Below, piece after piece: positions 18,725-27,419 of a DNA stretch of 64,000 bases. The stretch's first letter is position 1. Each line of letters begins with the position of its first letter. The DNA lies in contig OY969474.1 in NCBI GenBank assembly GCA_963700145.1, positions 768,001 through 832,000 on the forward strand, written 5' to 3'. The notes beneath the pieces are model-generated. The model ran no database searches. It was not told the origin of the DNA and saw nothing but the letters and a program-made list of their open reading frames with translations. The DNA is from an uncultured Acidobacteriota bacterium. GTDB lineage: Bacteria > Acidobacteriota > Thermoanaerobaculia > Multivoradales > UBA5704. The position numbers and the translations under genes were made by a program.

Positions 18725-19535
18725 GAGCTGGCTGCTCGCGAGCCTGCTACTCGCCGCCTGCGCCCAGGCGCCGCAGCCGGTCCAGCCGGCGGAGGCCAAG
18801 CCGGAGGCGGTGCAGCCGCCGGAGGCGGCCGCGGAGCCCGCGGCCGAGCCGGCTCCGCCCGCGACGGAGGCCGAGCCCGCGGCGCCGGCGCCCCCTCCCG
18901 ACCCGACGGTCATCGTCATCGAGCCCGGCGGGGTGGACAGCGGCGACGTCGACCTGGTGGCGGCGTCCACGGCCGAGCGGGAGCGCCGCGCCGCCGCGCC
19001 GCCCGTCACCCGGAGCATCACCAACCAGAACCTGGTCAAGGCCAAGCCGGGCGAAAAGTCGCCCGGCAAGCCGGTGAAGCCGGCCGAGCCGGCGGGCGCC
19101 GCGCCGGCCGCAGCGGCTCCGGGCGGGAGCGGGGAAGCGTTCTGGCGCAGCCGGTCGCGCGAGCTGCGGCAGCGCTGGAAGGACGTGGTGGACGAGGTCG
19201 CCGACCTGGAGAGCGACGCCGATCTCCTCCGCCGCCGCTTCTACGCCGAGGCCGACCCGTACGTCCGCGACGGCCGGATCAAGCCGGACTGGGACCGGGT
19301 GCTCGACCGCATCCGGACGCTGCGGGAAGAGGCGGAGCGGCGGCGCGAAGCGGTGACGGCCCACCTCGAGGAGGGGCGGCGGGCGGGCGCTCTGCCCGGG
19401 TGGCTGCGGGAGGGGATCGACCTCGAGCCGGCGGCCGAGGGCGCGCGGCCCGAGGAGGGGGCGCACGAGTCCGTCGAGCCGCCGATCTACCCCGAGCCGC
19501 GCGAGCCGATCGGCGACGAGGACGGCGACGGATGA
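18708..19535 (+). CDS. Hypothetical Pro/Ala-rich lipoprotein with coiled-coil C-terminus
   Basis: Lipobox LLAAC; ITN.NL and EEGRRAGALPGWLR segments; overlaps neighbours in operon fashion. Confidence 0.7.
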   Translation: MAVRGRSWLLASLLLAACAQAPQPVQPAEAKPEAVQPPEAAAEPAAEPAPPATEAEPAAPAPPPDPTVIVIEPGGVDSGDVDLVAASTAERERRAAAPPVTRSITNQNLVKAKPGEKSPGKPVKPAEPAGAAPAAAAPGGSGEAFWRSRSRELRQRWKDVVDEVADLESDADLLRRRFYAEADPYVRDGRIKPDWDRVLDRIRTLREEAERRREAVTAHLEEGRRAGALPGWLREGIDLEPAAEGARPEEGAHESVEPPIYPEPREPIGDEDGDG

Positions 19536-20884
19536 GCGGCGCCGCGCCGGGAGCGAAGCCCCGCCGCTTCTTCATCGAGACCTGGGGCTGCCAGATGAAC
19601 GAGCTGGACAGCCAGCGTTTGGCCGGTCAGCTCATGCAGCAGGGGGTGCTGCCGACGCGCGCGCCCGACGAGGCCGACGTCATCCTCCTCAACTCCTGCA
19701 GCGTCCGCGAGAAGGCCGAGCAGAAGGTCTACTCGCGCCTCGGCGAGTACCGCAAGCTCAAGGAGCAGAACGAGTTGCTGCTGATCGGCCTGTGCGGCTG
19801 CGTGGCCCAGCAGGAGGGCGAGCGGGCGCTCCGGCGGGTGCCCGACCTGGACTTCGTGATCGGGCCGGCGCGAGTGGGGGAGCTGGGGCGGGTCATCGCC
19901 GAGCGGCGGGCCGGGCGCCGGGTGGTGGCGACCGGCTTCCCTGAGGAGCGGAGCTACGACATCGACGCGGTCTCCCGCCAGGGCGAGTACAAGGGGATGG
20001 TCACGATCATCGAGGGGTGCGACAAGGTCTGCACCTTCTGCATCGTGCCCAAGACCCGCGGCCCGGAACGCAGCCGGCCGCTCGCCGAGGTGGTGCGCGA
20101 GGTGCGCCACCTGATCGACTACGGCTTCCTCGAGATCGAGCTCCTCGGCCAGACGGTCAACCACTGGCGTGAGCCGGCCGGCGGCGCCGACTTCGCCGAC
20201 CTGCTGGCCGCGGTGGCGCCGCTGGACGGCCTGGCGCGCCTGCGGTTCGTCACCTCCTACCCGCGCGATTTCACGCCGCGCATGGTCGAGCAGGTCGGGC
20301 GCCACGAGAACATCTGCCCGTATCTGCACCTCCCTGTCCAGTCGGGCTCCGACCGGGTGCTGCGGCGGATGGGTCGCGGCTACGCCCGCGCCGACTACCT
20401 CGAGCTGGTCGGCCGCCTGCGGGCGGCACGGCGGCGGCTCGCCCTCTCGACCGACTTCATCGTCGGCTTTCCGGGCGAGACCGAGGACGACTTCCAGCAG
20501 ACGCTCGACCTGGTCGCCGAGGTGCGCTTCGCCGCGCTCTACGCCTTCAAGTACTCGCCGCGTCCGCTCACCGCCGCGCCGCGCCTCGACGGCGCCGTGC
20601 CGGCCGAGGTGGCCGACGAGCGGCTGCAGCGCCTCTTCGCGCTCCAGGAGAGGATCCAGCGCGAGATCAACGCGACCCTGGTGGGGGAGGAGCACGAGGT
20701 CCTGGTGACCGGCTGGGCCCGCCAGCCCGGTTTCCTCACCGGCCGCACCGCCTGCCACCGCGCCGTGCATTTCGCCGCCGGCGCCGAGCCGGCGCCGCTC
20801 GGCCGGCTCGCCCGCGTCGTCATCGAGCGCGCCCTGCCGCACAGCCTCGCCGGCCGCCGTCTCGACCTCCCCGCCGCGGCCTAG
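19532..20884 (+). CDS. miaB: tRNA methylthiotransferase MiaB
   Basis: TWGCQMN, NSCSVREKAE, GCDKVCTFCIVP, HLPVQSGS, IVGFPGETE, C-terminal TRAM-like region. Confidence 0.95.
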   Translation: MSGAAPGAKPRRFFIETWGCQMNELDSQRLAGQLMQQGVLPTRAPDEADVILLNSCSVREKAEQKVYSRLGEYRKLKEQNELLLIGLCGCVAQQEGERALRRVPDLDFVIGPARVGELGRVIAERRAGRRVVATGFPEERSYDIDAVSRQGEYKGMVTIIEGCDKVCTFCIVPKTRGPERSRPLAEVVREVRHLIDYGFLEIELLGQTVNHWREPAGGADFADLLAAVAPLDGLARLRFVTSYPRDFTPRMVEQVGRHENICPYLHLPVQSGSDRVLRRMGRGYARADYLELVGRLRAARRRLALSTDFIVGFPGETEDDFQQTLDLVAEVRFAALYAFKYSPRPLTAAPRLDGAVPAEVADERLQRLFALQERIQREINATLVGEEHEVLVTGWARQPGFLTGRTACHRAVHFAAGAEPAPLGRLARVVIERALPHSLAGRRLDLPAAA

Positions 20885-20936
20885 AACGTGCATCGGGGTT
20901 GACCGCCGCGACGGCGCCCCGCACAATGGCCTTTCG

Positions 20937-21437
20937 ATGAGCGAGACCAACCAGGAGATCCGGATGGAGATCAAGGGGTTGATGCTCGACCCCACCTCCA
21001 ACGTCCCGATCGTCATCCTGCGCGACCTCGAGAGCGACCTCTTCCTGCCGATCTGGATCGGCGGCTTCGAGGCCCACGCCATCGCGCTCCGCATCGAAGG
21101 GGTGGAAGTCCCGCGCCCGCTCACTCACGACCTCCTCCGCGCGGTGGTCGAGCAGCTCGGCGCCGCGGTGGAGAAGATCGTCATCTCCGACCTCCGCGAC
21201 AACACCTTCTTCGCGCTCATCCACCTGACTCACGAAAGCGGCGCGCTGACGGTGGACTCGCGTCCGAGCGATGCCATCGCGCTGGCGCTGCGGACGGAAG
21301 CGCCGATCTTCGTCCTCCGCTCGGTGCTCGAGAAGGCGCAGGCGGTGGACCTGGCGAGCCAGGCGAGCGACGACGAGAAGCTGCGGAAGTGGCTCGAAGA
21401 GATGAGCCCGGAAGACCTCGGCAAGTACACGATGTAG
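20937..21437 (+). CDS. Bifunctional nuclease (DUF151) family protein
   Basis: LPIWIG..EA.AI, PRPLTHDL, DSRPSDAIALA. Confidence 0.93.
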   Translation: MSETNQEIRMEIKGLMLDPTSNVPIVILRDLESDLFLPIWIGGFEAHAIALRIEGVEVPRPLTHDLLRAVVEQLGAAVEKIVISDLRDNTFFALIHLTHESGALTVDSRPSDAIALALRTEAPIFVLRSVLEKAQAVDLASQASDDEKLRKWLEEMSPEDLGKYTM

Positions 21438-21478
21438 CCGTCGCCGTAATCCCCTCAATCAACGTAACTTAGAGTAAT

Positions 21479-21494
21479 TGTCGGCGCGCCGACA
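21479..21494. promoter_or_regulatory. 16-bp perfect palindrome upstream of parA (candidate parS or operator)
   Basis: TGTCGGCGCGCCGACA, 55 bp upstream of the parA ATG, next to an AT-richer patch. Confidence 0.45.
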
Positions 21495-21549
21495 TCGGCG
21501 GCTGCATTGACCGGCTGGGAGTGGTCTCGTACACTGCCGGCGTCCTTCC

Positions 21550-22311
21550 ATGATCGTCACCATCGCCAATCAGAAGGGCGGGGTCGGCAAGACGACGACC
21601 GCCATCAATCTCGCCGCGGCCCTCGCCAACAAGGGATTGAAGACGCTGCTGGTGGATCTCGACCCGCAGGCCAACAGCTCGATGTCCTTCCTGGACGTCC
21701 ATCAGCTGAACGGCGGCTCGATCTACGACGCGCTGACGGACCAGGGCGTCCGCTTGAGCGAGGTACTGCGGCCCGCCGAGAAGATCCCCAACCTCCACAT
21801 CGCCCCGTCGAACATCGCGCTGGCGAAGATCGAGTCGAAGCTGCTGGGGGAGCTCGACAGCCACTACCGTCTGAAGGACGCGCTGCAGCCGGTGCAGGAT
21901 GCCTTCCCGTACGTCGTCATCGACACGCCGCCGACCCTCGGGATCATCACCGTCAACGCCCTGGTCGCGGCGACGCACGTGCTGATCCCGATCCAGGCGA
22001 GCTACTTCGCCTTGGAGGGGACCGACGACCTGCTGGAGACGATCGACAAGATCAAGCTGCGGGCGAACCCGCAGCTCCAGATCCTGGGAGCGCTGATCAC
22101 CCTCTACGACAAGCGGACCTTGCTGGCCAAAGACATCCACGACCAGATCCGCAAGGTCTTTGGCGACAAGCTCTTCAACACGGTCATCACCAAGAGCGTG
22201 CGACTGGAGGAGAGTCCGGCCTACCGCGAGTCGATCTTCACTTTCGCCCCGCGCTCCACTGGGGCGTTCGAGTACTACCAGCTCTCCGAGGAGGTCCTCA
22301 GCCGTGTCTGA
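21550..22311 (+). CDS. parA: ParA/Soj family ATPase
   Basis: NQKGGVGKTTT, VDLDPQAN, IDTPP, SVRLEESP. Confidence 0.95.
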   Translation: MIVTIANQKGGVGKTTTAINLAAALANKGLKTLLVDLDPQANSSMSFLDVHQLNGGSIYDALTDQGVRLSEVLRPAEKIPNLHIAPSNIALAKIESKLLGELDSHYRLKDALQPVQDAFPYVVIDTPPTLGIITVNALVAATHVLIPIQASYFALEGTDDLLETIDKIKLRANPQLQILGALITLYDKRTLLAKDIHDQIRKVFGDKLFNTVITKSVRLEESPAYRESIFTFAPRSTGAFEYYQLSEEVLSRV

Positions 22312-23170
22312 GCCGGCCAAGAAGCGCGGTCTGCCGATGAGGGTCAAGATGCGCCACGACACCCACTTCGTGGAGGCGCTGACGGCCCGCCACGAGACCC
22401 CGGTCGGCCGGATGCTGCCCCTCGCCGCGATCGCCCCGGACCCCAAGCAGCCGCGCACCGCGATGGGAGAGCTGGCCGAGCTCGTCGGCTCAATCCGGGA
22501 TAAGGGGGTGCTCGAGCCGATCCTCGTCCGTCCGCTGCCCGAGGCCGAGCTCGGTCCGGGCGGCCCGGTCTACCGCATCATCTCCGGCGAGCGCCGCTAC
22601 CGCGCCGCGCAGGAGGCGGGGCTCTTCGAGATCCCGGCGATCGAGATGGAGGTGAGCGAGCAGGAGGCGCTGGAGATCGCGCTCGTCGAGAACCTCCAGC
22701 GCAAGGACCTCACGCCGTTCGAAGAGGCCGAGGGGTACCGCGCCCTCGCCGAGCGGCACGGCTACACCCACGAGGAGATCGCCGAGGCGGTGGGGAGGTC
22801 GCGCAGCCTCGTTACCGAGAGCCTCTCCCTTCTCGCCATGCCGCCGCGGGTCCGCGACACCGTCCAGGCGCTCGGCCTCGGGGCGCGGTCCCTGCTCCTG
22901 GAGGTCCTCAAGGCCGGCGACGAGACCGAGATGCTCCGGCTGCTCGAAGAGGTCGCGACGCGCGGCCTCAACCGCGACGACCTGCGCCGCCGGCTGCGCA
23001 AGGAGCAGCCGGGCCATGGCGGCCGTCGGAAGCCGTTCACCTTCAAGTTCCGCTCGCCCGACAGGAAGTACAGCCTCGCCGTGAGCTTCCGGCAGAGCGA
23101 GGTCGACCGCGACGACCTGATCCGGGCCCTAGAGCAGGTCCTGGCCGACCTCCGAAAGGCGCGGGAGTAG
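22304..23170 (+). CDS. parB: ParB/Spo0J family partition protein
   Basis: QPR, GVLEPILVR, ISGERRYRA, ENLQRKDL, HTH (THEEIAEAVGRSRS). GTG start overlaps the parA stop. Confidence 0.92.
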   Translation: MSEPAKKRGLPMRVKMRHDTHFVEALTARHETPVGRMLPLAAIAPDPKQPRTAMGELAELVGSIRDKGVLEPILVRPLPEAELGPGGPVYRIISGERRYRAAQEAGLFEIPAIEMEVSEQEALEIALVENLQRKDLTPFEEAEGYRALAERHGYTHEEIAEAVGRSRSLVTESLSLLAMPPRVRDTVQALGLGARSLLLEVLKAGDETEMLRLLEEVATRGLNRDDLRRRLRKEQPGHGGRRKPFTFKFRSPDRKYSLAVSFRQSEVDRDDLIRALEQVLADLRKARE

Positions 23171-23277
23171 CCGCAGGAGGAGGGGGGTCCCCGGCGTTTT
23201 GCCGCCTGCTCCAATTGGCCGATAAGGATTATTATGTCAACCCGCGACGGGCAGCGGATCGGGCGCGCATCGAGCCC

Positions 23278-23724
23278 CTACTGTGCAGCCCACTCCGCGG
23301 CGAGGTCCTCGTCCTCCTCCAGCCGCAGTCCGACCAGCTCCACACCGGTAGGCCCTCTCTCTTCCAGCGCCCGCTGGATCCACAGCACCAAGTTCTCGCT
23401 CGACGGCACCAACCCGCCAGCGCCGAACTCCGGCAGGGCGTGGTTGAGGTGCTGGTGGTCGAGGCGGTCGAGGACGGCTTGCGTGACCCAGGCGTCGAGC
23501 GCGGCGAGGTCGACGACGAAGCCGGTCGTCGGGTCGACCGCCCCGGCGACCTGGACGTAGAGCCGGTAGTTGTGCCCGTGCCCCGGCAGGTTGGCGCAGC
23601 GGCCGAAGCGGGCGCGGTTTTCCTCCTCGCTCCACTCGGGGCGGCGGTAGAGATGGCTGGCGCTGAAGCGGTAACGCCGCTCGAGACGGACCCGCGGCGG
23701 CTCGGGGGTGCCGGAGGGCTCCAT
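23278..23724 (-). CDS. queD: 6-carboxytetrahydropterin synthase (QueD/PTPS family)
   Basis: FSASHL, FGRCAN..GHGHNY, LDHQHLN, PSSENL. Confidence 0.88.
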   Translation of the reverse strand: MEPSGTPEPPRVRLERRYRFSASHLYRRPEWSEEENRARFGRCANLPGHGHNYRLYVQVAGAVDPTTGFVVDLAALDAWVTQAVLDRLDHQHLNHALPEFGAGGLVPSSENLVLWIQRALEERGPTGVELVGLRLEEDEDLAAEWAAQ

Positions 23725-23739
23725 TAGAATCGCGGGCGC

Positions 23740-26163
23740 GTGAGGCTGCGGATCGATCGCTACATCGTCGCCGAGATTGCCGGTCCCCTGGCGCTCGGGT
23801 TCCTAGTCTACACGTTCATCCTGCTGCTCCGATTCCTCTTCACCTCGGCGGAGATGATCATCCGGCGGGGGCTGCCGGTGGCCACGGTCGGCCAGCTGCT
23901 GCTCACGACCCTGCCCAACATCGTCGTCCTGACGATCCCGATGTCGCTCCTCTTCGGCATCCTGATCGCCATCGGGCGGATGGCCTCCGACAGCGAGCTG
24001 ATCGCCCTGCGCTCCTGCGGCGTGAGCCTGCTCACCCTCTACCGGCCGGTGCTGGCGATCTCGGCGTTCTTCACCCTGGCCAACACGGCGCTGATGGTCT
24101 GGGCGCTCCCCTGGGGCAACTCGTCGCTGCAGCAGCTGCGGCTCGACATCCTCACCCAGACCGTCTCGCAGCAGGTGCAGCCGCGGGTCTTCTACGAGGA
24201 GTGGGACCCCTACGTGGTCTATGTCTTCGAGGTGCCGCCCGGGCAGAGCCGCTGGAAGGGCGTGTTCCTCGCCGAGTCGATCCCCTCGGCCGACGACAAC
24301 CAGATCACCACCGCCGAATGGGGCGAGGTGAAGGTCGAGGAGCAGGGCGAGCGGGTGGTGCTCCAGCTCTACAACGCCATCCGCCACAAGGTGGACCTGA
24401 GCTCTCCGGGCCGTTACGAGATCAGCCGCCACCGCCGTCTGGAGCTGGTGCTGGAGGACCAGTTCACCTCGACCCAGCGGGCCAAGGTCTCGGTCTCGAA
24501 GGGGGTGCGCGAGCTCACGCTAGCCGAGCTGCGCGACCTGCGCGACGACCCGGCGGCGTCCAGCGAGCAGCGCAACCTGGCGGAGGTCGAGATCCACAAG
24601 AAGTTCGCGATCCCGGTCGCTTGCCTGGTCTTCGGCCTCTTCGCCCTGCCGCTTGGCTTCAACAACCGGCGCGGCGGCAAGGCCTCCGGGTTCGCCCTCT
24701 CGATCGCCGTCATCGTCGTCTACTACGTCCTGCTAGCGAACGGCGAAGAGGCGGCGCGCTACGGCCGGCTCCCCGCCTGGGCGGGCATATGGGCGCCGAA
24801 CCTGATCCTGGCGGCGGCGGGGGTCTTCCTGCTGGCGCGGCGCAACCGCGACAAGGGGCTGCTGTTGAGCGGCATCGACCGCTGGCTGCGGCACAAGGTC
24901 TGGCCGGTGCTGCTGGCGGTGCCGCGACTCACCCGCCGCTGGCGGCGCCGCCGCGAGGAAGCCGGCCAGGGTCCGCCGGCGGCGCCCGCGCCGGCGACCG
25001 CTCGCGCCGCGCACCCACGGCGTGGCCGCCGAGCCGGGCTGGTCTTCCGCCTCCCCCGCCCGCGCATCACCTTCCCCAGCCTCCTCGACCGCTACGTGGC
25101 GCGGCAGTTCGCCGGAGTGTTCCTGCTCGTCGTCCTCTCGGGGGTGACTCTCTACGTCATCGCCGACCTCTCCGAGACAATCGACGAGATCCTCAAGAAC
25201 AAGGTGCCGCGCGACATGGTCTTCGACTACTACAAGTACATGTCGCTGCAGATCTTCTACGACATCGCGCCGATCGTGGTGCTGGTGACGACCCTGATCA
25301 CCTTCTCGCTGCTGTCGCGCACCAGCGAGGTCACCGCCTGCAAGGCGCTCGGCCTCTCGCTCTACCGGCTCTCGCTCCCCGCCCTCGCCTGGGCGGTCCT
25401 GATCGTCGTGCTCGCGGCCTTCCTGCAGTCCGAGGTCCTGCCCGCCTCGAACGAGCGGGTGGCGCAGCTCAAGGACCGCATCCGCGGCCGCGAGGCGGCG
25501 CGCACCTACCGCCGCGCCGATCGCCAGTGGCTCTTCGGCCAGGGCCGCTACATCTACAACTACATCCACTACGATCCGGCGCGGCAGGGCCTGCAGCGCC
25601 TGCAGGTCTTCGACTTCGACCCCGAGCACCAGCTCCGCCGGCGGTTGGTAACCGACCGCGCCACCTACGACCCGAACCGCGAGGCCTGGCTCTTCGAGAA
25701 CGGCTGGGCGCGCTCGTTCGCCGGCGTCGAGGTCACCGACTACGTCCGCTTCGAGGAGCCGCTAGTGGTCCGCTTCCCGGAGACCCCCGACTACTTCGAC
25801 TCCGAGATGCGCCCGCCGGAGCAGATGCGCTTCGGCGAGCTCAAGGACTACGTGCGGGAGCTCGAGGAGAGCGGCCAGCCGGTGCCGGAGCTGCTGGTCG
25901 AGCTGTACAACAAGATCGCCTATCCGGTGGTGTCGCTGGTGATGGCGCTGGTCGCGCTCCCGTTCGCCTTCCGCCTCGGGCGGCAGGGGGCGCTCTACGG
26001 GGTGGGGATCTCGATCGCCCTGGGGATGGCGTTCCTCGGCATCTACGCCTTCTTCACCACCCTCGGCGAGACCGGGGCGCTGCCGCCGGTGGCCGCGGTG
26101 TGGAGCCCGAGCGCCGTCTTCGCGATCCTGTCCGCCTACCTCTTCCTCGGGGTGAGGACCTAG
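23740..26163 (+). CDS. lptFG: Fused LptF-LptG LPS export permease
   Basis: Two YjgP/YjgQ-type halves (RIDRYI...SELIALRSCG; LLDRYV...SEVTACKALG) joined by an Arg/Pro-rich linker. Confidence 0.9.
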   Translation: MRLRIDRYIVAEIAGPLALGFLVYTFILLLRFLFTSAEMIIRRGLPVATVGQLLLTTLPNIVVLTIPMSLLFGILIAIGRMASDSELIALRSCGVSLLTLYRPVLAISAFFTLANTALMVWALPWGNSSLQQLRLDILTQTVSQQVQPRVFYEEWDPYVVYVFEVPPGQSRWKGVFLAESIPSADDNQITTAEWGEVKVEEQGERVVLQLYNAIRHKVDLSSPGRYEISRHRRLELVLEDQFTSTQRAKVSVSKGVRELTLAELRDLRDDPAASSEQRNLAEVEIHKKFAIPVACLVFGLFALPLGFNNRRGGKASGFALSIAVIVVYYVLLANGEEAARYGRLPAWAGIWAPNLILAAAGVFLLARRNRDKGLLLSGIDRWLRHKVWPVLLAVPRLTRRWRRRREEAGQGPPAAPAPATARAAHPRRGRRAGLVFRLPRPRITFPSLLDRYVARQFAGVFLLVVLSGVTLYVIADLSETIDEILKNKVPRDMVFDYYKYMSLQIFYDIAPIVVLVTTLITFSLLSRTSEVTACKALGLSLYRLSLPALAWAVLIVVLAAFLQSEVLPASNERVAQLKDRIRGREAARTYRRADRQWLFGQGRYIYNYIHYDPARQGLQRLQVFDFDPEHQLRRRLVTDRATYDPNREAWLFENGWARSFAGVEVTDYVRFEEPLVVRFPETPDYFDSEMRPPEQMRFGELKDYVRELEESGQPVPELLVELYNKIAYPVVSLVMALVALPFAFRLGRQGALYGVGISIALGMAFLGIYAFFTTLGETGALPPVAAVWSPSAVFAILSAYLFLGVRT

Positions 26164-27419
26164 AAGCGGGAGAGGTCCCGCCCGAAGAGCATCGCCTTCG
26201 CCCAGTCGAAGAGGACCTTCACCTTGTTGGCCGGCGATACCAGCTTCGTGAGATAGACCGAACGCCAGAAGAGCCAGGCGGCGCGGCCGCTCCACTTGAC
26301 GTGCGGCAGGTCGGCGAGCGCCTGGCCGGCGCCGATGTAGGCGAGCATGCCGGCCGAGCGGAAGCGGAACGGGCCGACGGGCCGGCCGCGGCGGCCGCGG
26401 TCCAACGCCTTCGCCAGGTACTCCCCCTGCTGCTGCGCCACCTGGGCGGTGGCTGGAAGCCCCAGCTCCCCCACCGCCGCGCAATCGCCCAGAGCGTAGA
26501 CCCCAGATCGTCCCGCTAGCCGCAGGTGGTCATCGACACGGATCCGTCCGCGTGGCGTCAGCGGCTCTCCGAGCGCGGCGACGAGCGGGACGGGGGCGTT
26601 CCCTCCCGCCCAGAGGACCAGGCCGGCGGGGAGGAAGCCGCCGTCGCGCAGCCGCACGCCGTCGCGCTCGACCGCCGACACCGCGGTGGCGAGGCGCACC
26701 TCGATCCCTTCGCGCTGGAAATGGCGGTGGGCGTAGGCGCCGAGCGCCGCGTCGAAGCCGCCCAGCATCCGCTCGGCCGCCTCGACCAGCACCACCCGCC
26801 CCCGCGGCGCCAGCTCGGGATAGCTCGCGGCCAGCTCGCCGGTGAGGAGGTCGTGCACCTCGGCCGCGACCTCCACGCCCGTCGCGCCGCCGCCGCAGAC
26901 GACGAAGGTCAACCGCCGCGCCACCTCCTCGTCGGAGAGCCCGGGCACCTCGGCGCGCGCGAACTGGTCGAGGATGCCGCGCCGCACCGCCCGCGCGTCC
27001 TCGACGCTCGCCAGGGTCAGCGCGTGCTCGCGCACGCCGGGAACGCCGTAGTCCGCCACCCCGGCACCCACGGCGATCGCCAGCAGGTCGAAGAGCAGGG
27101 CGAAGCGCTCCTCCCCCACCGCCGAGACGCACTCCACGCGACGCGCCTGCCAATCGACGCGCTCCGCCCGTCCCTCGATCAGCCGCACCTGCCGCAGGCG
27201 CCGGCGCACCGGCTCGAGAATGCTGCGCAACTCGACGGTGCCGGCGGCGGCCGAGGGGAGGAGAGGCGTGAAGAGGAAGTAGTTGCGCGGCGAGAGGAGC
27301 GTGACGTCGAAGCGGCCGCGCGGCAGGCGCCGCAGGAGGGAGAAGCCGGCGAAGCCCGAGCCGAGGACCAGGAGCTTCGGCGGCGCGGCGGCCGAGCTCT
27401 TGCCGCCGGCTGGATCGCT
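26160..27419 (-). CDS. ndh: Type II NADH:quinone oxidoreductase (NDH-2) family; canonical start codon absent, possibly a pseudogene
   Basis: The frame upstream of the listed ORF reads KLLVLGSGFAG...RNYFLFTPLLPS; also CGGGATGVE, YALGDC, ATAQVAQQQG, LFWRSVY. The 5' boundary is approximate. Confidence 0.8.
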   Translation of the reverse strand, partial: SDPAGGKSSAAAPPKLLVLGSGFAGFSLLRRLPRGRFDVTLLSPRNYFLFTPLLPSAAAGTVELRSILEPVRRRLRQVRLIEGRAERVDWQARRVECVSAVGEERFALLFDLLAIAVGAGVADYGVPGVREHALTLASVEDARAVRRGILDQFARAEVPGLSDEEVARRLTFVVCGGGATGVEVAAEVHDLLTGELAASYPELAPRGRVVLVEAAERMLGGFDAALGAYAHRHFQREGIEVRLATAVSAVERDGVRLRDGGFLPAGLVLWAGGNAPVPLVAALGEPLTPRGRIRVDDHLRLAGRSGVYALGDCAAVGELGLPATAQVAQQQGEYLAKALDRGRRGRPVGPFRFRSAGMLAYIGAGQALADLPHVKWSGRAAWLFWRSVYLTKLVSPANKVKVLFDWAKAMLFGRDLSRF

